Shown piece after piece: positions 34,772 through 42,710 of a stretch of DNA of 58,962 nucleotides (positions are counted from its first letter, which is position 1; each line of letters opens with the position of its first letter). A program made the position numbers and the translations under genes. The stretch is from Alphaproteobacteria bacterium. Lineage in GTDB: Bacteria; Pseudomonadota; Alphaproteobacteria; Rs-D84; CACZYB01. The stretch lies in NCBI GenBank assembly GCA_009785175.1, contig WQWV01000001.1, positions 1 through 58,962 of the forward strand, written 5' to 3'. Below the pieces are notes generated by a model. That model was not told where the DNA came from. It saw only the letters and a list, made by a program, of their open reading frames with translations, and did no database searches.

Positions 34772-37438
34772 CTCTCCGAACCGCCGCACAAACCGTCCCT
34801 TAACAAATTCTGCTAGTCCCATATATGCCGCAACAGCCGCAATCATGAATGCGAAATACGCCGCCGGCATTGCGACAAGGCCAAAGTCGCGCCCGAACGT
34901 GGTGAACGCCACCAGCGTGCCTATCCATATCGCAAGCACGCTTGCAAGCGAGACCTGCCACGACGCACGCGATTCCACAAACGGAATTTTTTTGGTGCGA
35001 AGGAAATGTATAATAAGCGATTGCGACCAAAGCGAGAACATAAACCATCCGCTTTGGAATATCGTGGCGAAGTGCGCCTGCCCTTCGGCGCCCAGCGCTC
35101 CGTATGCCCCGCCGACCAATCCCGGCGCGACCCAAAAAAACAGCGCTCCGAACGCTATTATGTCAAAGATCGAGCTCATCGGCCCGAACCAAATCATGAA
35201 GTGCTTGATCGACCGCGCGTCCCAGTTCCTTGGCTTCTGCACATACTCTTCGTCTACATTGTCCCAAGGCACGGACGTCGACGACGCATCCGAAATCAAA
35301 TTCAAAAGCAGTATCTGGATCGGCAGCATCGGCAAAAACGGCAACATGGCGGAAGCGAATAATACAGAGAACATGTTTCCGAAATTGCTGCTTGCTGTAA
35401 GCTTTATGTATTTTATTATGTTTGCATACGTCCGTCGTCCCATCAATACGCCGTCGTTAAGCACCAGCAAACTTTTCTCAAGCAATATTATACTCGCTGA
35501 ATCTTTGGCGATATCGACCGCGGTATCGACCGAGATCGCGACGTCCGCTATGCGCATGGCGGTGGCGTCGTTGATCCCGTCGCCCATGAATCCTACGACA
35601 TGTCCGTTTGCGCGAAGAGCGGCTACTATGCGCGCCTTTTGGTTCGGCGACAGCCGCGCGAAGATATTGCATTTTTCCACTTCAAGGCGCAGTCGCCCGT
35701 CATCCATCGCCTCGATATCCGCGCCTACCAACACTTTGGCCGATGCTATGCCGACCTTCTTGCACACGAACCGCGCGACCTTGTCCGAATCTCCCGTCAA
35801 GATTTTTACATTCACTCCGTGCGAAGCCAACGCGCGCAAAGCCTCTGGCGCCGTGGCTTTCGGCGGATCCAAAAATGTAAGGAGGCCCACGAACACCATG
35901 CCTACCTCGTCTGCGGCAGCAAACGCGCCGCTCGCTCCGCACGCCACGCATTCGTTTTTCCGCGCCACAGCTATGACGCGCATTCCGTCCGCGCTATAGG
36001 TGTCGGCAAGCTTCACGATCGACTTTTTTATCGCCTCGTCAAGCGGCACTTCCCGCCCGTCGACTTCTACCGTCGAGCATATCGTCAACATCTCTCGCAG
36101 CGCGCCCTTTGTTATAAGCATCGCCTTGCCGCCGCTTGCGTCCTCGACAACAACGCTCATTCGCCGCCGCTCGAAATCGAATGGAATCTCGTCGATCTTT
36201 CGCCAACCTGCAAAGCTTGCCGCAACGCCCTTCTCGCCCGCCCTGCCCACAATCGCGTTGTCGATAAGATTTTTCAAACCGGTCTGATGGAAGCTGTTCA
36301 GATATGCCATGCCAAGCACGCCGTCGCTTGCCTTGCCGTTTATATCAAGCGAGTATTGAAGCACGACGTTGTCCTCGGTGATCGTGCCGGTTTTATCAGA
36401 ACAAAGCACATCCATCGAGCCCAGGTTCTGTATCGCGCTAAGATCTTTTACGACAACCTTGTGTTTTGACATCTGTATAGCACCCTTGGCCAAGTTGACG
36501 GACACCACCATAGGGAGCATTTCCGGGGTCAGGCCGATCGCGACTGATATGGCGAACAAGAACGCCTGCATCCAATCGCCTTTCATGAATCCGTTGACGG
36601 CGAATACGACCGGCACCATAAGGATCATGAAGCGGATCAAAAGCCACGATACCGAGCTTACTCCTTTTTCAAAACTGGTAGGAGGACGTTTCGCCGCGGC
36701 CTGCTTCGCTATTTCTCCGAATACCGTGCGCGCTCCCACCGATACTACGACCATAGTCGCGCTGCCGGAAACTACGTTGCTTCCCATGAATACCAAATTG
36801 TCTGAGGCAAGCAAGGACGACGAAGCCTCGGTGGCGGCGGTTGCGAATTTTTCCACCGGTTCTGATTCCCCGGTCAACGCCGATTGCGAGATGAATAAAT
36901 CCTTGGCGGAAATAACTCGCCCGTCCGCGGGAATCATGTCTCCGGCCGAAAGCAGCACTATATCCCCGACGACGACCTGGCTTATGGGAACGTCAAGTGT
37001 CTTGCCGGCACGGCGCACGGTGGCCATAGTCCGCACCATGGATTTAAGACGTTCCGCCGCGCGCGTTGATTTGAACTCCTGCTCGAACCGCAAAGCGCCG
37101 GACATAAGAACCATAGCGACGATCATTCCTACGCCCATATAGCTGCGTTCTCCGGGCGCAGCCATCCATACGTCGGTGATGAACGATACCACGGCCAAGA
37201 TGACAAGCACTACGGTGAAAGGATTTATGAAGGCGGCGACAAGCTGCGATAGCACGGAAATTTTTTCGCCGGTCGATATTTCGTTCGGCCCGTGCTTTGC
37301 GAACGATCGCTTGACCCGTCGGCGATCAAGCCCGGTATCTTTCTCTACTCCGAGTTTCGAAAGGATCTCGTCGACACCAAGCGCTCCCGAGGCCTTAAGC
37401 CTCGCATCCTGGCCCATCGAGGCGAAGCCGCCCTTCAT
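34763..37438 (-). CDS. mgtA: magnesium-translocating P-type ATPase
   Basis: 891 aa with CSDKTGTIT phosphorylation, TGES actuator and MGDGINDA hinge motifs, and MgtA/B-type termini. Confidence 0.85.
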   Translation of the reverse strand: MKGGFASMGQDARLKASGALGVDEILSKLGVEKDTGLDRRRVKRSFAKHGPNEISTGEKISVLSQLVAAFINPFTVVLVILAVVSFITDVWMAAPGERSYMGVGMIVAMVLMSGALRFEQEFKSTRAAERLKSMVRTMATVRRAGKTLDVPISQVVVGDIVLLSAGDMIPADGRVISAKDLFISQSALTGESEPVEKFATAATEASSSLLASDNLVFMGSNVVSGSATMVVVSVGARTVFGEIAKQAAAKRPPTSFEKGVSSVSWLLIRFMILMVPVVFAVNGFMKGDWMQAFLFAISVAIGLTPEMLPMVVSVNLAKGAIQMSKHKVVVKDLSAIQNLGSMDVLCSDKTGTITEDNVVLQYSLDINGKASDGVLGMAYLNSFHQTGLKNLIDNAIVGRAGEKGVAASFAGWRKIDEIPFDFERRRMSVVVEDASGGKAMLITKGALREMLTICSTVEVDGREVPLDEAIKKSIVKLADTYSADGMRVIAVARKNECVACGASGAFAAADEVGMVFVGLLTFLDPPKATAPEALRALASHGVNVKILTGDSDKVARFVCKKVGIASAKVLVGADIEAMDDGRLRLEVEKCNIFARLSPNQKARIVAALRANGHVVGFMGDGINDATAMRIADVAISVDTAVDIAKDSASIILLEKSLLVLNDGVLMGRRTYANIIKYIKLTASSNFGNMFSVLFASAMLPFLPMLPIQILLLNLISDASSTSVPWDNVDEEYVQKPRNWDARSIKHFMIWFGPMSSIFDIIAFGALFFWVAPGLVGGAYGALGAEGQAHFATIFQSGWFMFSLWSQSLIIHFLRTKKIPFVESRASWQVSLASVLAIWIGTLVAFTTFGRDFGLVAMPAAYFAFMIAAVAAYMGLAEFVKGRFVRRFGELL

Positions 37439-37620
37439 CGCTTCTTCTTGCGTTTGGGTTTGTCTTTGATTTCTGTTATATCGTGAAGGTATTCGACGAC
37501 GTTGTGGAACATTTGAAAGAATCCGCGGCGGTGAGCGGCGAAAATTCCGCTAAGCGCGACGATTGAAAGCACGACTGTAAGCAATGCTGCTATAACCTCA
37601 ATTATTTCCTTGAAAGTCAT
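37435..37620 (-). CDS. small single-TM protein translationally coupled to mgtA
   Basis: 61 codons from ATG 37620 (SD GGAGGAGAG). Has the TM segment IIEVIAALLTVVLSIVALSGIFAA and a basic tail KPKRKKKR. Its stop overlaps the mgtA ATG (ATGA). Confidence 0.5.
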   Translation of the reverse strand: MTFKEIIEVIAALLTVVLSIVALSGIFAAHRRGFFQMFHNVVEYLHDITEIKDKPKRKKKR

Positions 37621-37723
37621 CTCTCCTCCTTGTGTGATTATAGGCGAAACCACCGGCCATGACCATAGGAAGAAAAATCCAGTCGCACTTGAATACACCA
37701 CGCATGTATGGTATTATACGGCC

Positions 37724-38236
37724 ATGGAAATTATGATCCTTGTCGACGAACACGACAATCCCATCGGCACCATGGAAAAGATGGAGGCGCATAGGCGGGG
37801 CCTGCTCCACCGCGCGTTCTCGTGTTTCGTTTTCAACGATAGGCGCGAAACGCTGATACAGCGGCGGGCGGCAAACAAATATCACAACCCCGGGATTTGG
37901 GCGAACACCTGCTGCTCCCACCCTCGCCCCGGAGAAAATATAATCGAGGCGGTGAAACGCCGCATGCCCGAAGAGCTGGGATTCGCCATAGCAAACCCGC
38001 GCGAGCTTATGTGGTTCATATACAAGGCGGAATTTCCGAACGGCCTTACCGAGCATGAACTCGACCACGTTGTTATCGCCGAATATAACGGAGAGTCGAT
38101 TAAGCAGAACCCCGACGAAGTGGCGGAAATACGCTGGATCTCGCGCAAAGATCTTGAGGCCGAAGTCGCCGCCAATCCGGAAAATTTCAGCTTCTGGCTC
38201 AAACGTATATTGGAGCTGAACGTCCTTCCGTGGTAA
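37724..38236 (+). CDS. idi: isopentenyl-diphosphate delta-isomerase, type 1
   Basis: 170 aa from ATG 37724 with GLLHRAFSCFVFN and NTCCSHP catalytic Cys/Glu regions like E. coli Idi. Confidence 0.85.
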   Translation: MEIMILVDEHDNPIGTMEKMEAHRRGLLHRAFSCFVFNDRRETLIQRRAANKYHNPGIWANTCCSHPRPGENIIEAVKRRMPEELGFAIANPRELMWFIYKAEFPNGLTEHELDHVVIAEYNGESIKQNPDEVAEIRWISRKDLEAEVAANPENFSFWLKRILELNVLPW

Positions 38237-38250
38237 GAAGCAAGGTTTCA

Positions 38251-38373
38251 AAAACTCCTCAAATCCAGGCGATTGCGACGGTTCGGAATAAAAAATAAAA
38301 AGTAAACGTATTCTTTACTACGTGCTTTTTATTTTTTGTGAAGACCTAGTAGGCGGCCGATTTCAGGAGTTTT
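38251..38373. repeat. nested-palindrome intergenic element, copy C
   Basis: Arms AAAACTCCTCAAATC / GATTTCAGGAGTTTT. The core is identical to copy B over 60 nt. It lies between idi and tRNA-Lys. Confidence 0.75.
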
Positions 38374-38378
38374 ATTCT

Positions 38379-38454
38379 TGGTGGGCGAACGGGGACTCGA
38401 ACCCTGGACCTACTGATTAAGAGTCAGCTGCTCTACCAACTGAGCTATTCGCCC
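38379..38454 (-). tRNA. tRNA-Lys (anticodon CTT)
   Basis: 76-nt cloverleaf read by hand: acceptor GGGCGAA/TTCGCCC, anticodon loop CT-CTT-AA, T-loop GGTTCGAGTCC, and an encoded CCA. Confidence 0.9.
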
Positions 38455-38550
38455 CAACCGGCGGTCATTATAATACTCTCGAAATATTTTGCAATAATAA
38501 AAATATTGACTTTTTCGCCCTCGCGGACATACCCTCCTGAAGAGGTAAAA

Positions 38551-39345
38551 ATGAAACTTATAATCCAAGAAAATTATGACGATATGTCGGTTTATGTTGC
38601 AAACTACATAGCCGAGAAAATCAACTCTTACAAACCCTTAAACAGAAGGCCGTTCACGCTCGGCCTTCCGACCGGCTCGAGCCCTATCGGCACCTACGCC
38701 GCACTTGTGAAATTGAACCGAACAGGCAAGGTTTCGTTCGCGAACGTCAAGACATTCAACATGGACGAATACGTAGGCCTTGCGCCCGAGCACCCGGAAT
38801 CTTACCATTATTTCATGCACAAAAACTTCTTCGACCATATAGATATACAGAAAGAAAATATCAACATCCTTGACGGCGTGGCGCAAAACCTGGATACAGA
38901 ATGCGATAATTATGAAGAAAAAATAAAGTCCGCCGGCGGCATAGACCTTTTCCTTGCGGGCATAGGACACAATGGCCATATAGCGTTCAACGAGCCGCTA
39001 TCGTCCCTTAATTCTTGCACTCGCGTAAAAACGCTTACCGAAGATACGCGCGAAGCCAACTCCCGTTTCTTCGATAACGATATTCAAAAGGTCCCGCTCT
39101 TGGCGTTAACGGTCGGAATAAAAACTATCATGGCCGCCGGCGAAGTTGTTGTAATAGCAAGCGGCAAACTCAAAGCCCCGGCTGTTCGCCTTACTATCGA
39201 GGGTGGGGTCAGCCCTATGTGTCCGGCAAGCAAATTGCACGAACACCGGCATTTTACTATGGTATGCGACAAAGCCGCGACAAATGAGCTATCGCAAAAA
39301 ACAATGGATTACTGCAAAATCATCTCGCACGATAACCAGCGCTAA
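38551..39345 (+). CDS. nagB: glucosamine-6-phosphate deaminase
   Basis: 264 aa from ATG 38551, with LGLPTGSSP, FNMDEY and GIGHNGHIAFNEP motifs. Confidence 0.9.
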   Translation: MKLIIQENYDDMSVYVANYIAEKINSYKPLNRRPFTLGLPTGSSPIGTYAALVKLNRTGKVSFANVKTFNMDEYVGLAPEHPESYHYFMHKNFFDHIDIQKENINILDGVAQNLDTECDNYEEKIKSAGGIDLFLAGIGHNGHIAFNEPLSSLNSCTRVKTLTEDTREANSRFFDNDIQKVPLLALTVGIKTIMAAGEVVVIASGKLKAPAVRLTIEGGVSPMCPASKLHEHRHFTMVCDKAATNELSQKTMDYCKIISHDNQR

Positions 39346-39352
39346 ACCACGA

Positions 39353-39748
39353 TCACTTCGGCAAAATCGCCGTGATTTCGATTTCGACCTTGGCGCCCTG
39401 ACGGGTGAATTGACACCCTCCGACAAGGGTTGAAACCGGTTTGGATTCGGAAAAATATTCTGCGCGTATAGTGGAAACGACCGAGAAATCGTTGATGTCG
39501 GCAAGATAGATTACGGCCTTTACCACATGGTCGAACGTCGCGCCGGCCAATTCCAAACTCTGTTTGATCTCCTCGTAAACTTGGCGCGTCTGCTCGGCCA
39601 CGTCCGACGTGTAGACTACTTTATCAGGACCCGCAGGCGTTTGAATCCCGGACACCAGGATCATATAGCAGTTTCCAAGGTCGATTTTCTTGGCCTGAGT
39701 AATCGGGGCGCGGGTATTCCAACCGGCGGGCGAAAGGTTCTCTATCAT
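39353..39748 (-). CDS. ridA: RidA/YjgF/TdcF family reactive-intermediate deaminase
   Basis: 131 aa with the family pattern (VKAVIYLADINDF..., C-terminal VEIEITAI). Confidence 0.8.
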   Translation of the reverse strand: MIENLSPAGWNTRAPITQAKKIDLGNCYMILVSGIQTPAGPDKVVYTSDVAEQTRQVYEEIKQSLELAGATFDHVVKAVIYLADINDFSVVSTIRAEYFSESKPVSTLVGGCQFTRQGAKVEIEITAILPK

Positions 39749-39754
39749 CGTTTT

Positions 39755-39785
39755 ATTATAGCTGGCGGGGGGGGGGGGTAGTCAA
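39755..39785 (-). promoter_or_regulatory. promoter of ridA with a C12 tract in the spacer (minus-strand reading TTGACT-19 nt-TATAAT)
   Basis: On the minus strand: TTGACT (39785-39780), spacer a-C12-gccagc (19 nt), TATAAT (39760-39755), then aaaacg and the ATG at 39748. No SD is present. Confidence 0.6.
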
Positions 39786-39786
39786 G

Positions 39787-39814
39787 AAAAAAGCCGCCGG
39801 GTTTAATCGGCGGC
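39787..39814 (-). terminator. rho-independent terminator of the 34-codon gene
   Basis: Minus-strand GCCGCCG-attaaacc-CGGCGGC followed by TTTTTT. The T-run abuts the ridA -35 box. Confidence 0.7.
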
Positions 39815-39836
39815 GAGGCAGTAAAGGAGAGTCGGT

Positions 39837-39941
39837 CTATATGCGAACCCTGACCTGTCGTATAAGCGCAGGCCTTGCAAACGCAAGGGCTAGGTTGATG
39901 ACATAGCGCACGATTTTTTGAATTTTGGTTTTCTTTCTCAT
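39837..39941 (-). CDS. 34-aa basic/hydrophobic small protein (unannotated by the ORF track)
   Basis: MRKKTKIQKIVRYVINLALAFARPALIRQVRVRI. SD GGAGGG lies 6 nt upstream. It has its own TTGACT-17-TATAAA promoter and its own terminator. Confidence 0.45.
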   Translation of the reverse strand: MRKKTKIQKIVRYVINLALAFARPALIRQVRVRI

Positions 39942-39971
39942 TATTTCCCTCCGGTTTTGTTCACTTTATGT

Positions 39972-40000
39972 TTTATAGCACAAAGATAGAACGAAGTCAA
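39972..40000 (-). promoter_or_regulatory. sigma70-type promoter of the 34-codon gene
   Basis: Minus-strand TTGACT (40000-39995), 17 nt, TATAAA (39977-39972). Confidence 0.5.
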
Positions 40001-40011
40001 GTGAAAAGTGA

Positions 40012-40040
40012 TTGACAAATATGCGAGCTCCGTCTAGTAT
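40012..40040 (+). promoter_or_regulatory. sigma70-type promoter of the GNAT gene
   Basis: TTGACA (40012-40017), 17 nt, TAGTAT (40035-40040). The first downstream in-frame ATG is at 40051. Confidence 0.5.
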
Positions 40041-40050
40041 GGTGCATGTT

Positions 40051-40680
40051 ATGGAATATGATTTCGATAGGTGTTTTCAGAATCTTGGGACCAGGCTTTT
40101 CAAGAGTCTTGGCGAGGCCCATAAATTGATCGCCAAGCTTCCGCTTGACCTTGATATGGGATTTGCGGGATTTCGCATTGTCCAGATTAACAAAAGTTTT
40201 TACAAATACAATCTGCTTGCCGATATGTTCGATAGAAATGCGGATTTCAAAAAATATTTTTCGGATATTGCCGAGATGGTCGAATGCCCGAAAATGCTTG
40301 AAATGCATCTTTACAAAAGCGTCCTATACCTTATTATGGACCGGGAAAAAGCGTGCGGCTTCATGTCGCTGCAAATCGACAACGCATCGGACGGAAAGGT
40401 CAGCGTGGAGCTTGGCTATGGAGTGGACAAGGATTTCCGCGGGCGGGGGATTGCGATGGCCTCGCGGCAAGCTATGGATAGATTCATATTCAAAAATATA
40501 CCCGAGGTCGATGTCGTCCTGCATTCCGTGTCGTTGAAAAACGAACGCTCGATTAGGGCATCGAAGAAGCTTCCGGACTATTATGATTACAAATGCGAGC
40601 CGAACATCATGGGCAGGACGGTCGGGAAATACTCCCTTACGCGCGAGGCTTTCGCCAGGATAAAGTCTAAGCAATATTGA
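40051..40680 (+). CDS. GNAT family N-acetyltransferase (RimJ/RimL-like)
   Basis: Acetyl-CoA motif DKDFRGRGIAMASRQAM. The start is set at ATG 40051 because the ORF-track start (40012, TTG) coincides with a -35 box. The start is uncertain. Confidence 0.65.
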   Translation: MEYDFDRCFQNLGTRLFKSLGEAHKLIAKLPLDLDMGFAGFRIVQINKSFYKYNLLADMFDRNADFKKYFSDIAEMVECPKMLEMHLYKSVLYLIMDREKACGFMSLQIDNASDGKVSVELGYGVDKDFRGRGIAMASRQAMDRFIFKNIPEVDVVLHSVSLKNERSIRASKKLPDYYDYKCEPNIMGRTVGKYSLTREAFARIKSKQY

Positions 40681-41314
40681 AAATTTTTAGCTGGCAGGCT
40701 TTCCAAAGAACTACGTCGAGATACCCACGAGGCAAACCCGTAGCCCGCTCCAAATCGGAAAACATCTTATCGCACGCGGCTTTGAAATCCTGCTTCGCAT
40801 CGCCGCCGCAAAGCGCCATGCCAAACCGTCTTATATGCACATCGTATTTTACTTCGTTGAATCCTAAATTGCGGGCAAGGTGATTGGCTGTGATCGGCCC
40901 TATATGCGGAAGTCCGGCCAAATACTCAAGCTTGTCCCCCGCCGCATAAAACCCACTTGCATAATCGTCGCGCCCCGCCCAAATCCGGGCGATTGCCGAA
41001 GTTTTGTTTTTGTTTTTGAATATTTTGAAAAGGTCGTCGCCGGTCGCGCCCTTTCGCGCCGCTTTCATAATCAGTGGATATAACCGTTTCGCTGTCTTCT
41101 GCGAGAAGCCGCCGGCAAGCACGACATAAATCGCTTCGGCCGCAAAGTCGTCGCCGTTCATGACGGGAGGGTTGGCAAGGCGTGCTTTGATTGTATCGAA
41201 CGAATCCTTGTCGGACGCGTCGCCCGCCGAGCGCAAATAAGATTCGACCGCCCCGAACGTTTTTGCGTCAAGGCGGTCGATTGTCTTATCTGTTATGGTG
41301 CAGAAAACACCCAT
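40667..41314 (-). CDS. hypothetical helix-hairpin-helix protein (HhH-GPD-like fold suspected)
   Basis: 215 aa with the HhH-like LPHIGPITANHLARNLG. It starts 7 nt after the rplI stop. Confidence 0.45.
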   Translation of the reverse strand: MGVFCTITDKTIDRLDAKTFGAVESYLRSAGDASDKDSFDTIKARLANPPVMNGDDFAAEAIYVVLAGGFSQKTAKRLYPLIMKAARKGATGDDLFKIFKNKNKTSAIARIWAGRDDYASGFYAAGDKLEYLAGLPHIGPITANHLARNLGFNEVKYDVHIRRFGMALCGGDAKQDFKAACDKMFSDLERATGLPRGYLDVVLWKACQLKIFNIA

Positions 41315-41321
41315 TGCAAGC

Positions 41322-41918
41322 CTACTTTATCTCGTCGACCTCTTCGGCCGCAACTTCTTCGATAGCAGCCTCCTCGGCGGCGGGGGCTTCGACCTCTTCG
41401 GTTTTCGAAGAAGCCTTCTTCGCGGCTTCGGCTGCCTTCTTGGCGGCAACCTCTTCGGCGACGGCGGCCTCTTCCTCGGAACGCGCGACAATGACCTTTA
41501 CGGTAAGCACGATTTCGGGGTGAAGCGCAACGCGCACTTTATAGATCCCAAGCTCCTTGATAGGAGTGTCTATAACGACCTTGCCGTGTTCGATCACGAC
41601 GCCCGTAGAGGCGATCGAAGCGGCCACGTCGCGGGCGGCCACCGAACCGTAAAGGTGTCCGGTATCGCCGGCTTGGCGGATTACGACGAACGACTTGCCG
41701 TCAAGTTTCGCGGCGTCGCCCTCGGCCTTCTTCAAAGCAGCGTCTGAGGCGGCAACAAGCGTAGCCCTCTGCGATTCAAAGAACTCGATGTTCGATTTCG
41801 TGGCGCGCAGAGCCTTCTTCTGGGGGATAAGGAAATTGCGGGCATAGCCGTCCTTGACGGACACTTTGTCGCCCATGCGGCCGATTTTTCCGATTTTTTC
41901 AAGCAAAATTACTTCCAT
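41322..41918 (-). CDS. rplI: 50S ribosomal protein L9 with Ala/Glu-rich C-terminal extension
   Basis: From ATG 41918: MEVILLEKIGKIGRMGDKVSVKDGYARNFLIP. Confidence 0.9.
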   Translation of the reverse strand: MEVILLEKIGKIGRMGDKVSVKDGYARNFLIPQKKALRATKSNIEFFESQRATLVAASDAALKKAEGDAAKLDGKSFVVIRQAGDTGHLYGSVAARDVAASIASTGVVIEHGKVVIDTPIKELGIYKVRVALHPEIVLTVKVIVARSEEEAAVAEEVAAKKAAEAAKKASSKTEEVEAPAAEEAAIEEVAAEEVDEIK

Positions 41919-41928
41919 CTCGCACCTC

Positions 41929-42153
41929 TTATTCGTTGTTCGCGACATAGGGGACAAGGGCAATGTATCGCGCGCGCTTGATTTCTGTGGCAAGCTTGCG
42001 TTGACCCTCGGCGTTTGTGCCGCTAAGGCGCGACGGTATGATCTTGCCGCGCTCGGTTATGAACTTCTTAAGAAGTCCGGGATTTTTATAGTCGACGACA
42101 CTAAGGTCGGCTATGGGGTTGCTCCGTTTACGGATAGTTTTTTCGAATGGCAT
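41929..42153 (-). CDS. rpsR: 30S ribosomal protein S18
   Basis: 74 aa with [25 protein letters not shown]. Confidence 0.92.
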   Translation of the reverse strand: MPFEKTIRKRSNPIADLSVVDYKNPGLLKKFITERGKIIPSRLSGTNAEGQRKLATEIKRARYIALVPYVANNE

Positions 42154-42524
42154 TATGCACCTCTCCTTTCGAACTTGTCGTCGCGGTATTTCTCGTCGCG
42201 TTCTTTGGCGGTCAAGATTATCGAAGGAGCCTTGGACGGCGCCTCGCGCTTGACGGACATATAGCGAAGCACGGATTCGTTAAGCGAGAGTTTGCGCTCG
42301 AGCTCCTTGATCCCGGAGCTTCCGATGGACGTTTCAAGAAGGATATAGTGCCCCTTCTTGTTCTTTTTGATTTTATAGGCAAGCGAACGCAGGCCCCAGT
42401 TTTCTTCCTTAAGCACTTTGCCCTTCTCGGAATCGATGACGCCCTTTAACGCGGCGACGTTCTCGTCGACCTGCGCTGGGGTCAGATCCTGGCGAAGGAT
42501 AAGCACGGTTTCATATACTGCCAT
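42153..42524 (-). CDS. rpsF: 30S ribosomal protein S6
   Basis: 123 aa with [16 protein letters not shown]...[12 protein letters not shown]. Confidence 0.92.
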   Translation of the reverse strand: MAVYETVLILRQDLTPAQVDENVAALKGVIDSEKGKVLKEENWGLRSLAYKIKKNKKGHYILLETSIGSSGIKELERKLSLNESVLRYMSVKREAPSKAPSIILTAKERDEKYRDDKFERRGA

Positions 42525-42674
42525 GAGTATTAGCTCCTTATGGTTAGTTCAAGCGGTTGTATTTTGAAAGCCTTGGCTCTTGCCCGGCTCCGCTTGAAAA
42601 TCCGGCGCTTTTGAGCACGCGCCAGAAAGTTGAGCCAAATCTATACCGTGATATGAAAAAAGTCAAGTCTTTTA

Positions 42675-42703
42675 TTGACAAAACGCACGGGGGGGGGTAA
42701 ATT
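42675..42703 (+). promoter_or_regulatory. promoter with a G9 tract in the spacer (TTGACA-17 nt-TAAATT)
   Basis: TTGACA at 42675-42680, a 17-nt spacer ending in G9 (42689-42697), TAAATT at 42698-42703, then 7 nt to the ATG at 42711. No SD is present. Confidence 0.55.
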
Positions 42704-42710
42704 TTTCGAC

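Noticed and set aside
34845-37142. Several 250-380-aa plus-strand ORFs
   Set aside because: All are antisense to the mgtA P-type ATPase gene, which carries the complete DKTGT/TGES/GDGxND motif set.
41322-41480. Ala/Glu-rich C-terminal extension of ribosomal protein L9 as a novelty
   Set aside because: As far as I recall, low-complexity acidic L9 tails occur in other alphaproteobacteria. That recollection is unverified, but I do not treat the tail as unusual.
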